A DNA stretch of 64,000 bases, from contig JBMNRV010000004.1 of NCBI GenBank assembly GCA_050944835.1, positions 12,695 to 76,694 of the forward strand, given 5' to 3'. Source of the DNA: Kiritimatiellia bacterium. GTDB taxonomy: Bacteria > Verrucomicrobiota > Kiritimatiellia > JAAZAB01. Below, in pieces: positions 20,664 to 31,230 of the stretch (positions within the stretch are counted from its first letter, which is position 1; every line of letters starts with the position of its first letter). A program made the translations under genes and the position numbers. The notes under the pieces are model-generated. The model was not told where the DNA came from and made no database searches. It saw nothing but the letters and a program-made list of their open reading frames with translations.

Positions 20664-21527
20664 TTACTCCGGTTGCGTACGCCAGCGGCGGTGCATCCAA
20701 GTCCATTGATCGGGATGAGCGCGGATGACATCTTCGATCACAGAAGTATATTGCTGCGTGGCAGCGTGGATGGTTTCCGGCTCGCAATCAGCCGGTGGCG
20801 CCAGCGGCGGAAAAAACTTCACCAAGAGCCGTCCATCAGGCTGGCGAATGATAAAAATCGGAATGACAGGCGCTTGGCTGCGGGCGCTCAAAACAGCCAA
20901 GCCAGGTGAAGTGCAGGCCGGACGCCCGAAAAAGTCCACAAAAATTCCGTGTCTGCGCTTCATGTTCTGATCCAGCACAAATCCCAACACTTCATTATTC
21001 TTCAGCACCTGCCGGCAAGCGCGATAGGAATTGCGCGCCGGCAAAGTTTTTACCCCCATTCGATGCCGCGCCTGTTCCCAGTACTGGTTTAATGAATCAG
21101 GCTTAATGGTTTTAGTGATGACCGTCAAAGGGACACCAAGGGAGGGCGCTATAGTACAGAGCAACTCAAAGTTGCCGACATGTGCGGTTAGCACCAAAGC
21201 GCCCCGTCCTTGTTCCAGTACATGCGGGATCGTGTTTTCCCCTTCCATGTCAATCAGGCCGTGAATCTGGCTGCGTTCTATCGCGCCGAATCGCAGGATT
21301 TCAACGAGCAGCAGCCCGAAATTATCATACATGCCGTCAGCAATCAATTGGATGGCATCTGGATCGCGGTCAGGGAAACACCGGGCAAGCGTCTGCAACA
21401 CTTCACAGCGGCGCAGACGTAAAACCGACCCCATCAGAAACCCCAGACGCTTGCCCCAGCACATAGCCCGGGCATGTGTCATACGCGCAAAAGCCGCTTC
21501 CAATCGTTTAACTATCCAGACAATCAT
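20664..21527 (-). CDS. Lipid A biosynthesis (Kdo2-lipid IVA) lauroyl/myristoyl acyltransferase-like, LpxL/HtrB family
   Basis: 287 aa with a GALVLTAHVGNFELL motif typical of LpxL-type lysophospholipid acyltransferases. Supports a diderm envelope. Confidence 0.65.
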   Translation of the reverse strand: MIVWIVKRLEAAFARMTHARAMCWGKRLGFLMGSVLRLRRCEVLQTLARCFPDRDPDAIQLIADGMYDNFGLLLVEILRFGAIERSQIHGLIDMEGENTIPHVLEQGRGALVLTAHVGNFELLCTIAPSLGVPLTVITKTIKPDSLNQYWEQARHRMGVKTLPARNSYRACRQVLKNNEVLGFVLDQNMKRRHGIFVDFFGRPACTSPGLAVLSARSQAPVIPIFIIRQPDGRLLVKFFPPLAPPADCEPETIHAATQQYTSVIEDVIRAHPDQWTWMHRRWRTQPE

Positions 21528-24037
21528 GTTTCCGCCGACTTCTTCTTCCGCGGGCGCGCGCGCGGGGAACGCTTAGCGGCTGGTTTTGCAGGTGCGGCGG
21601 CAGAAACTTGAAATGCCAGCTTATCGCCCTCACACACCACCCGCACTTGTGCCGCATCGGTTATCCGCCCGGCAAGGATTTCCTCGGCCAGTGGGTCTTG
21701 CAAATATTTTTCCACAGCACGGCGCAGCGGACGCGCGCCGAATTTCTCGTCAAAACCTTTTTCAACCAAAAATTCCGCTGCCGGTTCATCCAAGTCAATC
21801 TGGATATTGCGCACATCCACCCGCTGACGCAATTTAGCCAATTCCAACTCCAGAATGCGGGCGACATCCTCACGTGTCAATTGCCGGAAGACGATGATGT
21901 CATCCACGCGGTTAACCAATTCGGGCCGAAACACCTTACGCGATTCGTCCAACATAAGGGTTTTCAAGCGCTCAAAATCAGCTTGACGGTCGGGCTGACC
22001 GAAACCCAGCCCGCCGGCGCTATTAATGAAATCTGAGCCCAGATTAGAGGTCATGATAACGATGGTGTTACGGAAACTGACTCGCCGTCCCAGACTATCG
22101 GTTAACATACCTTCCTCCAACACTTGCAACAGAATGTGCATGACATCGGGATGAGCCTTTTCAACTTCGTCGAACAAGACCACTGAATATGGTCGGCGGC
22201 GGACTTTTTCCGTCAGTTGCCCGCCTTCATCGTATCCAACATAGCCCGGCGGCGAACCGACCATGCGCGACACCATGAACTTGTCCATGTACTCCGACAT
22301 GTCAATCTGGATCAGGGCGTCCGGATCTGAAAACATATAATCCGCCAACGCGCGCGCCAACAGCGTTTTGCCGACGCCGGTCGGCCCGAGGAAGATGAAA
22401 GAGCCGATAGGGCGGCGCGGGTCTTTCAAGTCAGCGCGCGAACGGCGCAGGGCTTTGGAAATCGCGGCTACCGCTTCATGTTGGCCGATCACGGTTTTTT
22501 CCAGCTCCTGTTCCATATTTTGCAGGCGCATGGTTTCTTTGGGGTCCATCTTGGTCAATGGCACTCCCACCCATTTGGAAACCACGGACATGATTTCGTT
22601 TTCGCGTATGACCGGTTTTTTGCTTTCCTGACTTTTACGCCATTTTTCACGAGTTTTTTCGAGTTTTTCGCGCTCCGCTCGTTCCTTATCGCGCCATTTC
22701 GCGGCATCCTCAAATTGCTGGGCTTCAATGGCCTTTTCCTTAGCGGCTTTCAGTTCGGCGATGTTTTCTTCCTGCTTACGCAGGCCGGGCGGCCGCGACA
22801 TCGTAGTTAAGCGGGCTTGCGCACCGGCTTCATCCAGCACGTCAATTGCTTTATCCGGCAAGTAGCGCCCGGTGATATAGCGATCCGCCAGACGGGCAGC
22901 AGTCTCCAGCGCCGCATCGCTGAATTTAACCTTATGATGTTCTTCGTAACGACCGCGGAGGCCGCGCATGATGGCGATAGTCTCCTCGACCGTCGGCTCG
23001 TCCACCAACACCGTTTGGAAACGCCGTTCGAGGGCGGAATCCTTCTCAATGTATTTGCGATACTCGTTCATGGTTGTGGCGCCGACACATTGCAGCTCGC
23101 CGCGCGAAAGCGCGGGTTTGATTATATTAGATGCGTCCATCGCGCCTTCCGCCGAGCCGGCGCCGACAATTGTGTGCAATTCATCCATGAACAGGATGAC
23201 ATTTTTGGCATGGCGTATTTCATCCATGACGGCCTTGATGCGCTCCTCGAACTGGCCGCGGTATTTCGTGCCGGCCACCATCAGCGCCATGTCCAGCGCA
23301 ATCACCTGGCGGTCAGCCAAAGGCTCAGGCGCTTCGTGATTGGCGATCATCTGGGCCAGCCCCTCGACAATCGCCGTTTTGCCGACACCAGCCTCCCCGA
23401 TCAGCACAGGGTTGTTTTTAGTGCGGCGGCACAGTATTTGAATCACGCGCCGCGTTTCTTCGGTGCGTCCGATCACCGGGTCCAGCTCGCCCTTGCGCGC
23501 CATTTCCGTCAGATTGCGCCCGAAGGCATTCAAGGCCGGCGTCTTTGTTTCGGCGCGCCGTCCGGTCGGCGCATCCTGCACCGCCGCGGCATGGTCAAAA
23601 TCGGGATTCAGTTCCTTGAGCACCTCCAGACGGGCATGTTCAATATCAACGTTAAGGTTACGCAGCACACGGGCGGCCACGCCTTCCTCTTCGCGGAGCA
23701 AACCAAGTAGTATATGTTCCGTGCCGATGTAGTCATGATTGAGCGCCCCCGCCTCATTCTTGGCCAGCGCCAGCACCTTTTTGGCGCGGGGCGTCAATGG
23801 CAATGTGCCAGCCACCTTAGTTTCCGGCCCCTGCCCAACCGCCTTTTCCACCTCCAGGCGCAGAGCCTCCAAATCCACTCCCAACTGTTCCAGCACATTG
23901 ACTGCCACGCCTTCACCGAGGGCGATGAGTCCGAGCAGCAGATGCTCCGTGCCCACGTACTGATGATTAAAGCGCTCTGCCTCATTCCGCGCCAACTGAA
24001 TCACCTGTCTGGCACGCGGTGTAAAATCATTCATCAT
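21524..24037 (-). CDS. clpC: ATP-dependent Clp protease ATPase subunit ClpC (two Clp_N repeats, D1, UVR linker, D2)
   Basis: Two N-domain repeats ([13 protein letters not shown] / [13 protein letters not shown]). Walker A GEAGVGKT and [12 protein letters not shown]-like coiled coil lies between the AAA modules. Confidence 0.9.
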   Translation of the reverse strand: MMNDFTPRARQVIQLARNEAERFNHQYVGTEHLLLGLIALGEGVAVNVLEQLGVDLEALRLEVEKAVGQGPETKVAGTLPLTPRAKKVLALAKNEAGALNHDYIGTEHILLGLLREEEGVAARVLRNLNVDIEHARLEVLKELNPDFDHAAAVQDAPTGRRAETKTPALNAFGRNLTEMARKGELDPVIGRTEETRRVIQILCRRTKNNPVLIGEAGVGKTAIVEGLAQMIANHEAPEPLADRQVIALDMALMVAGTKYRGQFEERIKAVMDEIRHAKNVILFMDELHTIVGAGSAEGAMDASNIIKPALSRGELQCVGATTMNEYRKYIEKDSALERRFQTVLVDEPTVEETIAIMRGLRGRYEEHHKVKFSDAALETAARLADRYITGRYLPDKAIDVLDEAGAQARLTTMSRPPGLRKQEENIAELKAAKEKAIEAQQFEDAAKWRDKERAEREKLEKTREKWRKSQESKKPVIRENEIMSVVSKWVGVPLTKMDPKETMRLQNMEQELEKTVIGQHEAVAAISKALRRSRADLKDPRRPIGSFIFLGPTGVGKTLLARALADYMFSDPDALIQIDMSEYMDKFMVSRMVGSPPGYVGYDEGGQLTEKVRRRPYSVVLFDEVEKAHPDVMHILLQVLEEGMLTDSLGRRVSFRNTIVIMTSNLGSDFINSAGGLGFGQPDRQADFERLKTLMLDESRKVFRPELVNRVDDIIVFRQLTREDVARILELELAKLRQRVDVRNIQIDLDEPAAEFLVEKGFDEKFGARPLRRAVEKYLQDPLAEEILAGRITDAAQVRVVCEGDKLAFQVSAAAPAKPAAKRSPRARPRKKKSAET

Positions 24038-24093
24038 GTCAGCCGCCTTTCATTAAATATGGCAACGCTCAGAACACGGTCATTCACGCAACA

Positions 24094-25152
24094 TCACTGA
24101 CGCAGCGCCAGCCGCTCCCGCACCAACCGTGCACGCGCTAAATCTCTTTTTTCCGAACCGATATGCCGTCCGCCTAATTTCTGCAGGTGGCCGGGTTGAA
24201 TCAGCAGAAACAATTCGTCTAATAAGTTTTTGGGCCAATCTACCACAATCCCCATATCAATGCCAAGCCGCAAAGCGGAAAGCAAATCGAGCGTTTCTCT
24301 GGAATTGAGCATGAAAGCATGCGTCAGGATTCCCATGGCACGGCCGATATGATCGCGCAGACGGTTTTCACGTTGCTGCAACAGGCGCGCGCGGGCATTC
24401 TTTTCATGGTCGGCGATCTCCAAAACAATCTGTTCGAGGCGTCCAATGATGTTTTCCTCACGTTCACCCAAGGTGGTCTGATTGGAAATCTGGAACATGT
24501 TGCCCGAGGCATCGGTACCTTCGCCCCACAGGCCGCGCACCGCCAAGCCGATTTTATTGACGCCTTTGATGATACTGCTGATCTCGTTCATCAACACTAA
24601 CCCCGGCAGGTGCAACATTACGCTGGCACGCATACCGGTGCCGACATTGGTGGGACAGGCCGTCAAATAACCCAGCCGCGACGAATAAGCGTAAGTTGCC
24701 CGCTGCTCAATGGCAGTATCAATCAGGTCAATCCGGCTCCACAAATCACGCAGCACCAAGCCGGGTGACATAGCCTGCAAGCGCAGATGGTCTTCCTCGT
24801 TGACCATGATGGCGATGGTTTCGTCGCGCTTCAATATCAGGCCGCTGCCCGGGGTCTTGGAAACAGAAAGGTCACGACTGATCAGGTGGCGCTCCACCAA
24901 CACTCCCCGATCCACGCGACTCAGTCTGGACATTTCCAGCGCCATCGGTTTGGGATCGTCCAGCACGGCAGGCAAGATCACCGACATTTCCTGCCACATC
25001 CGGAGCGACATCACATCTGGCGCCCAGCCGGGAAATGGCTGATGCGCCAGATTGCGCGCCAGCCGCACACGGCTGCTGACGATCACCTCGTTGTCGCTGC
25101 CTATCTGCAGCCAAGCTCCCGGTTGTTTTAACAAATCATCAATGCCGGACAT
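24094..25152 (-). CDS. mcsB: Protein arginine kinase McsB (ATP:guanido phosphotransferase family)
   Basis: 352 aa with a guanido-kinase signature (CPTNVGTGMRASV; ...NEEDHLRLQ). Positioned directly upstream of clpC as in ctsR-mcsA-mcsB-clpC operons. Confidence 0.85.
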   Translation of the reverse strand: MSGIDDLLKQPGAWLQIGSDNEVIVSSRVRLARNLAHQPFPGWAPDVMSLRMWQEMSVILPAVLDDPKPMALEMSRLSRVDRGVLVERHLISRDLSVSKTPGSGLILKRDETIAIMVNEEDHLRLQAMSPGLVLRDLWSRIDLIDTAIEQRATYAYSSRLGYLTACPTNVGTGMRASVMLHLPGLVLMNEISSIIKGVNKIGLAVRGLWGEGTDASGNMFQISNQTTLGEREENIIGRLEQIVLEIADHEKNARARLLQQRENRLRDHIGRAMGILTHAFMLNSRETLDLLSALRLGIDMGIVVDWPKNLLDELFLLIQPGHLQKLGGRHIGSEKRDLARARLVRERLALRQ

Positions 25153-25203
25153 GATCGCAAAGTCCTTTTCACGGCGCAGCCTTCACCCGCAATGCCTCAA
25201 GAT

Positions 25204-25713
25204 TTATGCGCCAGCCCTCGCTGACGGCGGCTGAAGGTTTTCCAGATTGCGTATGCTATCGCGGATACGGGCAGCCGCCTCATAATTTTCCGCACGGACG
25301 GCCTCCTGCAATTCCTGGCGGAGTTCCGCCAAAGTGACAACCGCCGGCGGCACGGTGGCGACGGCAACGGATGGCTGCTTACCGACGTGCTGGAGACCGC
25401 GATGCATGGCTTCGAGAAGCGGCTCCAGCTCCGCGGCAAAAGCTTCATAACAATACCGGCAGCCCAGCCGGGAAGACTTACGGAAATCATCGAGGCTCAT
25501 CCGGCAATGCGAACAGACTTTATCGGGCTGTTCCTCACCCTCACGAGAACCTCCCAAACCGAGCAATACGTCCGTGATCGAGACTGCGCCACTGACATCC
25601 AAGCCGTGCTCAACGGCACAGGTCTCGCATAGATGCAGTTTTTTTACTTCACTGTTCAGCATCTGGGTCAAGTGTACCGTCGCTGGTTTCTGGCCGCAAG
25701 ATTCACACATCAT
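25204..25713 (-). CDS. mcsA: McsA-like activator of McsB (zinc-finger CxxC pairs plus UVR motif)
   Basis: CESCGQ...CETCA and CSHCRMS...CRYCY zinc-finger pairs. The C-terminal UVR-like segment is LRQELQEAVRAENYEAAARIRDSIRNLE. Confidence 0.7.
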   Translation of the reverse strand: MMCESCGQKPATVHLTQMLNSEVKKLHLCETCAVEHGLDVSGAVSITDVLLGLGGSREGEEQPDKVCSHCRMSLDDFRKSSRLGCRYCYEAFAAELEPLLEAMHRGLQHVGKQPSVAVATVPPAVVTLAELRQELQEAVRAENYEAAARIRDSIRNLENLQPPSARAGA

Positions 25714-25731
25714 AGATTGGCGTCTCCCATA

Positions 25732-26601
25732 TCACTCAATCGGCGTGCCTTGGTCGGCGGCAAAAACATGAAACTTCTTTGTCAGCATACGGGTCAACGG
25801 ACCAGGCCGGCCGGAACCGATTTTGCGACGGTCCATTTCCACCACGCTGATGATTTCCGCTGCCGTGCCAGTCAGGAACATCTCGTCGGCGTTGTAGAGA
25901 TCATACCGGGTCAGTTGTATCTCACGCACTTCCAAGCCGTTTTCAGCAGCCAGCCGCATGACGACGTTGCGCGTCACTCCATCCAAAGCGCCTTCACTGA
26001 CAGGCGGCGTCAGAAGTTGTTTATTCCGTATGATAAAAATATTATCACCCGTGGCTTCGGCAACATAGCCCTTGGTATTCAGCATAACTGCCTCTTCCAC
26101 ACCGGCATTGACAGCTTCAATCTTGGCCAGAATGTTGTTGAGGTAGTTCAAGCTTTTGATATTGGGATTAACCGATTCCGGATGATTGCGCAATGTACCG
26201 CAGGTCACGATCTTTAATCCGCGGGCATAGAGTTTTTCAGGGTAAAGCTGAATCCCGGCGGCAATAATAATAACCTGTGGGCGGCGGCAATTGTACGGGT
26301 TCAGACCTAAAGAGCCTTCGCCACGCGTTACGACCAGCCGGATATATGCGTCGCTCAAGCGGTTGGCCTTACATGTTTCCACCACGGCGCGTGCCATAGC
26401 CGTGCGCGTCATAGGGATTTTCAGCGCGATAGCATGTGCGGAACGGTAGAGCCGATCCACGTGCTCATCCAGCATGAACACCCGTTTATTGTAAGCGCGA
26501 ATGCCTTCAAAGACACCATCGCCATACAACAGGCCATGATCAAATACCGAAACCCGCGCTTCCGACTCCGGCACCAGCTTACCATTCATATAGATTTTCA
26601 T
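25732..26601 (-). CDS. ilvE: Branched-chain amino acid aminotransferase (class IV PLP enzyme)
   Basis: NGKLVPESEARVSVFDHGLLYGDGVFEGIRAY is a typical IlvE N-terminus. 18-bp gap to mcsA. Confidence 0.8.
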   Translation of the reverse strand: MKIYMNGKLVPESEARVSVFDHGLLYGDGVFEGIRAYNKRVFMLDEHVDRLYRSAHAIALKIPMTRTAMARAVVETCKANRLSDAYIRLVVTRGEGSLGLNPYNCRRPQVIIIAAGIQLYPEKLYARGLKIVTCGTLRNHPESVNPNIKSLNYLNNILAKIEAVNAGVEEAVMLNTKGYVAEATGDNIFIIRNKQLLTPPVSEGALDGVTRNVVMRLAAENGLEVREIQLTRYDLYNADEMFLTGTAAEIISVVEMDRRKIGSGRPGPLTRMLTKKFHVFAADQGTPIE

Positions 26602-26741
26602 AACATCTCCCGTTTGCGTCCGCCGACGCCTGTTAGGCAGCGGCCAATCGCTTGTTTAATAATAACTAAAACTGATTCTTCAACAGATGGCCAGTGCGGC
26701 CCGCATCATCCGTGGTTCATCCCCAAGCAAAACTTTACGCC

Positions 26742-27488
26742 TCAACACTGGCACAAACGACCTTCCTTCAGCTCCATAACACGCGGGCAGCGCTCCGCCA
26801 CATCGGCATTATGCGTCACCACAATCAGTGTCTGCGCTTCCCGGTCCACCAGATCAAACAAGCCATCCAGCACATAACGGCCGGTGGCCGGATCAAGGTT
26901 CCCGGTCGGCTCATCCGCCAACACAAAGGACGGACGGTTCATCAGGGCGCGCGCTAAGGCCACCCGCTGTTGTTCGCCGCCGGACAATTCCATCGGCAGA
27001 TGCGTCAAGCGCTTTCCCAAGCCCACTGCCTCCAGCAAGTCACGCGCGCGCCGGGTGACAGCTTCCGGCGGCAAGCGCCGCGCCGCCAGTGGATTCATGG
27101 CAGGCAAACAAACATTTTCCAGAACATCCAACTCCGGCAGCAGATGGTAAAACTGAAAAACCAAGCCGATCCGGGTCGCCCGCAGTATATTGCGGCGACG
27201 GGCAGAAACGCCATATAAATCCTCACCCTTAAAGAGAACACGTCCACCCGACGGCTGTTCCAATCCACCCAGCACGTGCAGCAAAGTGCTTTTGCCGGCG
27301 CCGCTCGCTCCGATTACGGCAACGCGTTCGCCAAGCCGCAATTCCAGGTTGACATCCCGCAACACTTCGACTGACGCGCGTCCCAGCGCGTAGCTTTTGC
27401 GCAGATGCTCAACCGTCACCAGAACTTCCGGCGCCTCTGACCTCTCTTCCATCCGTTTATTCATACCGTAAAGCACGCGCAGGATCAA
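26742..27488 (-). CDS. lolD: ABC transporter ATP-binding protein, LolD-like (lipoprotein release)
   Basis: Walker [10 protein letters not shown], signature [15 protein letters not shown], Walker [13 protein letters not shown]. Overlaps the upstream FtsX-like permease gene. Confidence 0.8.
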   Translation of the reverse strand: MILRVLYGMNKRMEERSEAPEVLVTVEHLRKSYALGRASVEVLRDVNLELRLGERVAVIGASGAGKSTLLHVLGGLEQPSGGRVLFKGEDLYGVSARRRNILRATRIGLVFQFYHLLPELDVLENVCLPAMNPLAARRLPPEAVTRRARDLLEAVGLGKRLTHLPMELSGGEQQRVALARALMNRPSFVLADEPTGNLDPATGRYVLDGLFDLVDREAQTLIVVTHNADVAERCPRVMELKEGRLCQC

Positions 27489-28701
27489 GCTTTGCCGCGC
27501 GCCGGGCGGGAATAAATCCCGCCAGCGTACAGATCAGCAACGACAACACCGCCACCATCCCTACATCCGTAAAAGTCACCCGGGCAGGAATTTCGCTCAG
27601 GTGATATAATTCCTTCGGGAACAATTCCATACTCAGCAGACTGGCCAATCCGCGCATGATTGCGTTGCGGAAGCGCAGCACCAGTATCCCTAATCCGATG
27701 CCCATGACCGTGCCAAACATACCTTGGATAAAACCTTGCCAAAAAAACACTGACATGATGGAGAAGGAAGGGAATCCCAACGCCTTGAGCAACCCGATTT
27801 CCTTAGTTTTCTGGACCACCTCAACAATCAGCGTATTGGTTAAGCCAAATGCCGCCACTAACACAATAAAAATCAAAAGAAAAAACATCATGTGTTTTTC
27901 CACGCGCAACACATCAAACAACTGGCGGTTTAAATCTATCCAAGTGCGGCATTGCAAACCAGGAAACTCATCCGCCAGACGCTCGGAAATACGCTCTGCA
28001 ACGGCAGGCGCCTGATATGGATCATGCGTCATGACCCGCACGGCATGCACCCCCTCTTCTATGCCGCATAATTCAGCGGCCACACCGAGCGGCGTCAGCA
28101 CAAACCCGACATCGTATTCCCACATGCCGATTTCAAAAATGCCGGCCACTGTGAGCTCGACCGGCAGAAAAACCTCATCCCGGCCACTGGTAAATTGCTG
28201 GGGCGCATATAATAAAAGACGGCTGCCGACACTTAAGCCAAGTCGCTTTGCCAAATCCGACCCGACGACGACATCTTCCGGGCCCATATCAAAAGTGCCG
28301 GCAATAATATGTTGCGGCAGACGGCTGACCTCTTTCTCAAGCTCCACGTCAACCCCACGCAGCAACGGTGTATGTATGCGGCCGCCATGCTGGACGAAAA
28401 CCAAACCTTGCATATACGGCGCTACACCCGCCACCCCCGGCACAGAACGCACTGCGGCGGACACTTCCGGCGCATCCGTTATGATGTCCTCCGGCCGCAT
28501 TACGGTAACATGCGCGTCAAAACCCAGTATTTTTTCACGCCACATGTCATCGAAGCCGGTCATGACGGCAATCACGATCACCAACACCGCCACGCCCAGC
28601 ACCACCCCGATCATGGAAATGACCGAAATCACGGAAATGAACGTGCGCTTAGGCTTAAGGTACTTCAGCGCTAGAAATAATGAAAATGGCAGGTACATCA
28701 C
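27457..28701 (-). CDS. Lipoprotein-releasing system permease LolC/E-like (FtsX/MacB-type)
   Basis: 414 aa. The N-terminus MMYLPFSLFLALKYLKPKR resembles LolC/LolE. Four TM segments plus a periplasmic domain. Confidence 0.75.
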   Translation of the reverse strand: MMYLPFSLFLALKYLKPKRTFISVISVISMIGVVLGVAVLVIVIAVMTGFDDMWREKILGFDAHVTVMRPEDIITDAPEVSAAVRSVPGVAGVAPYMQGLVFVQHGGRIHTPLLRGVDVELEKEVSRLPQHIIAGTFDMGPEDVVVGSDLAKRLGLSVGSRLLLYAPQQFTSGRDEVFLPVELTVAGIFEIGMWEYDVGFVLTPLGVAAELCGIEEGVHAVRVMTHDPYQAPAVAERISERLADEFPGLQCRTWIDLNRQLFDVLRVEKHMMFFLLIFIVLVAAFGLTNTLIVEVVQKTKEIGLLKALGFPSFSIMSVFFWQGFIQGMFGTVMGIGLGILVLRFRNAIMRGLASLLSMELFPKELYHLSEIPARVTFTDVGMVAVLSLLICTLAGFIPARRAAKLDPARALRYE

Positions 28702-28765
28702 AAGAGCGATTCCGGGTTAAAGAAGGCCGGCCACACAACCCTACGGCTTTCGGCAACGCGCAAGT

Positions 28766-30235
28766 TCAGTCGGACGTTTCCAGCGCCCGTAACTGCGGAA
28801 ATAAAATTACGTCACGAATGGTTTCCGCGCCGGTCAAAATCATCACCAAACGGTCAATCCCCATGCCCATTCCGCCGGCTGGCGGCATGCCGTATTCCAA
28901 CGCCGTCAAAAAGTCTTCATCCATTTTTTGGGCATCCTCGCCCGCCTGCTCAGCGAACCTTCGGCGTTGCTCCAAGGGATCGTTCAATTCCGAATAGCCT
29001 GGGGCAACTTCCATGCCGTTGATCACCAACTCGAACACATCCACCAGTTCCTGATTGTCAGAACAGCGCTTGGCTAACGGCACAAACTGCCGCGGCAGAC
29101 GTGTCACAAAAGTAGGATTGATCAGTGTGCGTTCGATCAATTTTTCGTAAACTTCATGCGTAACCAGCAATTTATCCCAGGCGGGATCAATGTCCAAACC
29201 GGCGGCCTGAGCCCGTACGCGCGCTTCGTCCAAAGGCAGCTCAAACCAATCATCACCCATGCGTTCCCGCACCAGATCGCTATAAGCGACTTCGCGCCAC
29301 GAGCCGCTCAAATCAATCTGATGATCCGGCCGACCGACCAGCAAGCCGCCGCAGACTTCACGCGCGGCCGCTTGAATCAAGTCCTGTGCCAGTTGCTGCA
29401 CGCCCTTACGGTCCGACCATGCAACATACGCCTCCAGCATGGTGAATTCCGGGTTATGATTGCGCGACAGCCCTTCATTGCGGAAATTGCGGTTCAGCTC
29501 AAAAACCCGCGGCATGCCGCCGACTAACAGGCGCTTGAGATACAATTCCGGCGCAATCCGCAGGAACATATCGGAATTCAAGGCCGTATAGTGCGTGCGG
29601 AAAGGCCGAGCCGTCGCACCGCCCGGCTGGGGCTGCATCATCGGCGTCTCGACCTCCACGAAGTCGCGGTCCCACAGGAACGCACGGATGGCGCGAATTA
29701 TGGCAGCCCGACGTGAAAAGACTGTACGCGTATCGGCGTTGGCGATCAAATCCAGATAACGCCGGCGGTAACGCAAATCCACATCGCGCAATCCATGCCA
29801 CTTTTCGGGCAGAGGGCGCAGCGCTTTACCCAATAACCGCCACGCATCAACCCGAATCGTCGGCTCACCCATGCGGGTCGTGAACATTTCGCCTGTCACA
29901 CCAATCAGATCGCCCAAGTCCAGCAGGTGGAAGGCTTCGATCTGTTCCGGCGGCATATGCGATTTGCCGATATATATCTGAATTCTGCCGGTGGCATCTT
30001 GCAAGTCGGCGAAAATGCTCTTCCCCATGTCGCGGACGGTCAGCAAGCGCCCGGCCGCACGCGCCGGATGATTTTCGGCGAATGCAGCGCACACCTCGCC
30101 TATGGAAGGCGTAGCGACAAATTCACCACCATCCGACTGGCAACCAAGCGCCTCCAGACGCCGGAGATTTTCCAACCGTCGCGCTTCCACGCCTGCACCG
30201 GCTTCCGGCTGTAGTTTTGGGTCAACGGCGGTCAT
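28766..30235 (-). CDS. lysS: Lysine--tRNA ligase (class II)
   Basis: Class II aaRS motifs (FRNEG, GGMGMGIDRLVMIL) and an OB-fold N-terminal domain. Confidence 0.9.
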   Translation of the reverse strand: MTAVDPKLQPEAGAGVEARRLENLRRLEALGCQSDGGEFVATPSIGEVCAAFAENHPARAAGRLLTVRDMGKSIFADLQDATGRIQIYIGKSHMPPEQIEAFHLLDLGDLIGVTGEMFTTRMGEPTIRVDAWRLLGKALRPLPEKWHGLRDVDLRYRRRYLDLIANADTRTVFSRRAAIIRAIRAFLWDRDFVEVETPMMQPQPGGATARPFRTHYTALNSDMFLRIAPELYLKRLLVGGMPRVFELNRNFRNEGLSRNHNPEFTMLEAYVAWSDRKGVQQLAQDLIQAAAREVCGGLLVGRPDHQIDLSGSWREVAYSDLVRERMGDDWFELPLDEARVRAQAAGLDIDPAWDKLLVTHEVYEKLIERTLINPTFVTRLPRQFVPLAKRCSDNQELVDVFELVINGMEVAPGYSELNDPLEQRRRFAEQAGEDAQKMDEDFLTALEYGMPPAGGMGMGIDRLVMILTGAETIRDVILFPQLRALETSD

Positions 30236-30262
30236 GGGGCAACGAAAACGCCGGAAAGCGGC

Positions 30263-30439
30263 TTATTTCTCCTTAATGGCTTCCACCGGACATTCACCGG
30301 CGCATACCCCGCACTCAACGCATTTTTCTTCATCAATCACATAGCGCTTTTCGTCTTTAGATTTAGAAATTGCTTCCACCGGGCAGGATTCCGCACATTT
30401 TCCGCAAGCTGTGCATTTGTCTGTAATTTCGAAAGCCAT
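30263..30439 (-). CDS. 2x[4Fe-4S] ferredoxin (58 aa)
   Basis: MAFEITDKCTACGKCAESCPVEAI...CVECGVCAGECPVEAI. The listed ORF (to 30652) is an out-of-frame extension over the phosphoesterase gene, so the start is set at the ATG at 30439. Confidence 0.8.
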   Translation of the reverse strand: MAFEITDKCTACGKCAESCPVEAISKSKDEKRYVIDEEKCVECGVCAGECPVEAIKEK

Positions 30440-30464
30440 CTTTGCATCCTTCCATTTATTTAAT

Positions 30465-31196
30465 TCAACGCCCGATTGCCAACCGGGCGGCCAGTCGTTC
30501 CGGCAAGCCGGCGCTCCTGATTTTTTCCTGCGCCAGAGGAACATTGTATTCCACACGACGCAACTCAACTTCCTTCTTATCAACGTAAAAAACAGCATAA
30601 GCCGCACGCGGATCACCGTCACGCGGCTGGCCAATGCTGCCAACATTGACAAAATACTTTTTGCCGAGATTAATTTTCAGGCGGCTGTAAGTGCCTCCCA
30701 CAACTTCGGAGGCCTTTTCAAAAGCCAGCGGAACATGGGTATGCCCAAAAAAGCAAATGGTTGTAGTTTGATAATTAAAACTCGACTCCGCCTCCAAGCC
30801 TTCAAAAACATACCCCCACATATCCGGCATATCCAGCGTACTATGGACGATAGTAAACCCACTAACCCGTTGCACCAACGGCAGATCCGCCAAGTATTTT
30901 TGCTGATCGGCCGACAATTGTCGCCGTGTCCAATCCACTGCATCAGCCGCCAGGGGATGAAACCCGGTTAAATCGTCGTCAAAGGAGCAATAATGATCAT
31001 GATTACCGCGTACCGCCACGCAATTCAACTCCCGGATTTTATCCAGGCACTCCGCCGGATTGGCATTGTAACCGACGATGTCGCCCACACAGACAAAATC
31101 CGTTACTCCGGCTTTGGCGGCATCCTCAAACACTGCCTGCAACGCCTCCAAATTTCCATGTATATCGCTCAAAACCCCGTAAATCTGACCGCTCAT
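30465..31196 (-). CDS. Metallophosphoesterase (calcineurin-like, YfcE-type)
   Basis: GVLSDIHGN..., GDIVGYN and GNHD motifs. Confidence 0.75.
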   Translation of the reverse strand: MSGQIYGVLSDIHGNLEALQAVFEDAAKAGVTDFVCVGDIVGYNANPAECLDKIRELNCVAVRGNHDHYCSFDDDLTGFHPLAADAVDWTRRQLSADQQKYLADLPLVQRVSGFTIVHSTLDMPDMWGYVFEGLEAESSFNYQTTTICFFGHTHVPLAFEKASEVVGGTYSRLKINLGKKYFVNVGSIGQPRDGDPRAAYAVFYVDKKEVELRRVEYNVPLAQEKIRSAGLPERLAARLAIGR

Positions 31197-31230
31197 CAGG
31201 TAATCCTTGCCTGCGTCTATTTGCCTGCGT

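Noticed and set aside
22817-23710. Long plus-strand ORFs (297 aa, 142 aa, 128 aa etc.) inside the clpC region
   Set aside because: They are antisense to a strongly supported ClpC reading frame. They are low-complexity Arg/Ala-rich translations typical of GC-rich antisense frames.
30440-30652. Upstream extension of the ferredoxin ORF
   Set aside because: It overlaps the metallophosphoesterase gene in another frame. The ferredoxin fold is complete from the ATG at 30439.
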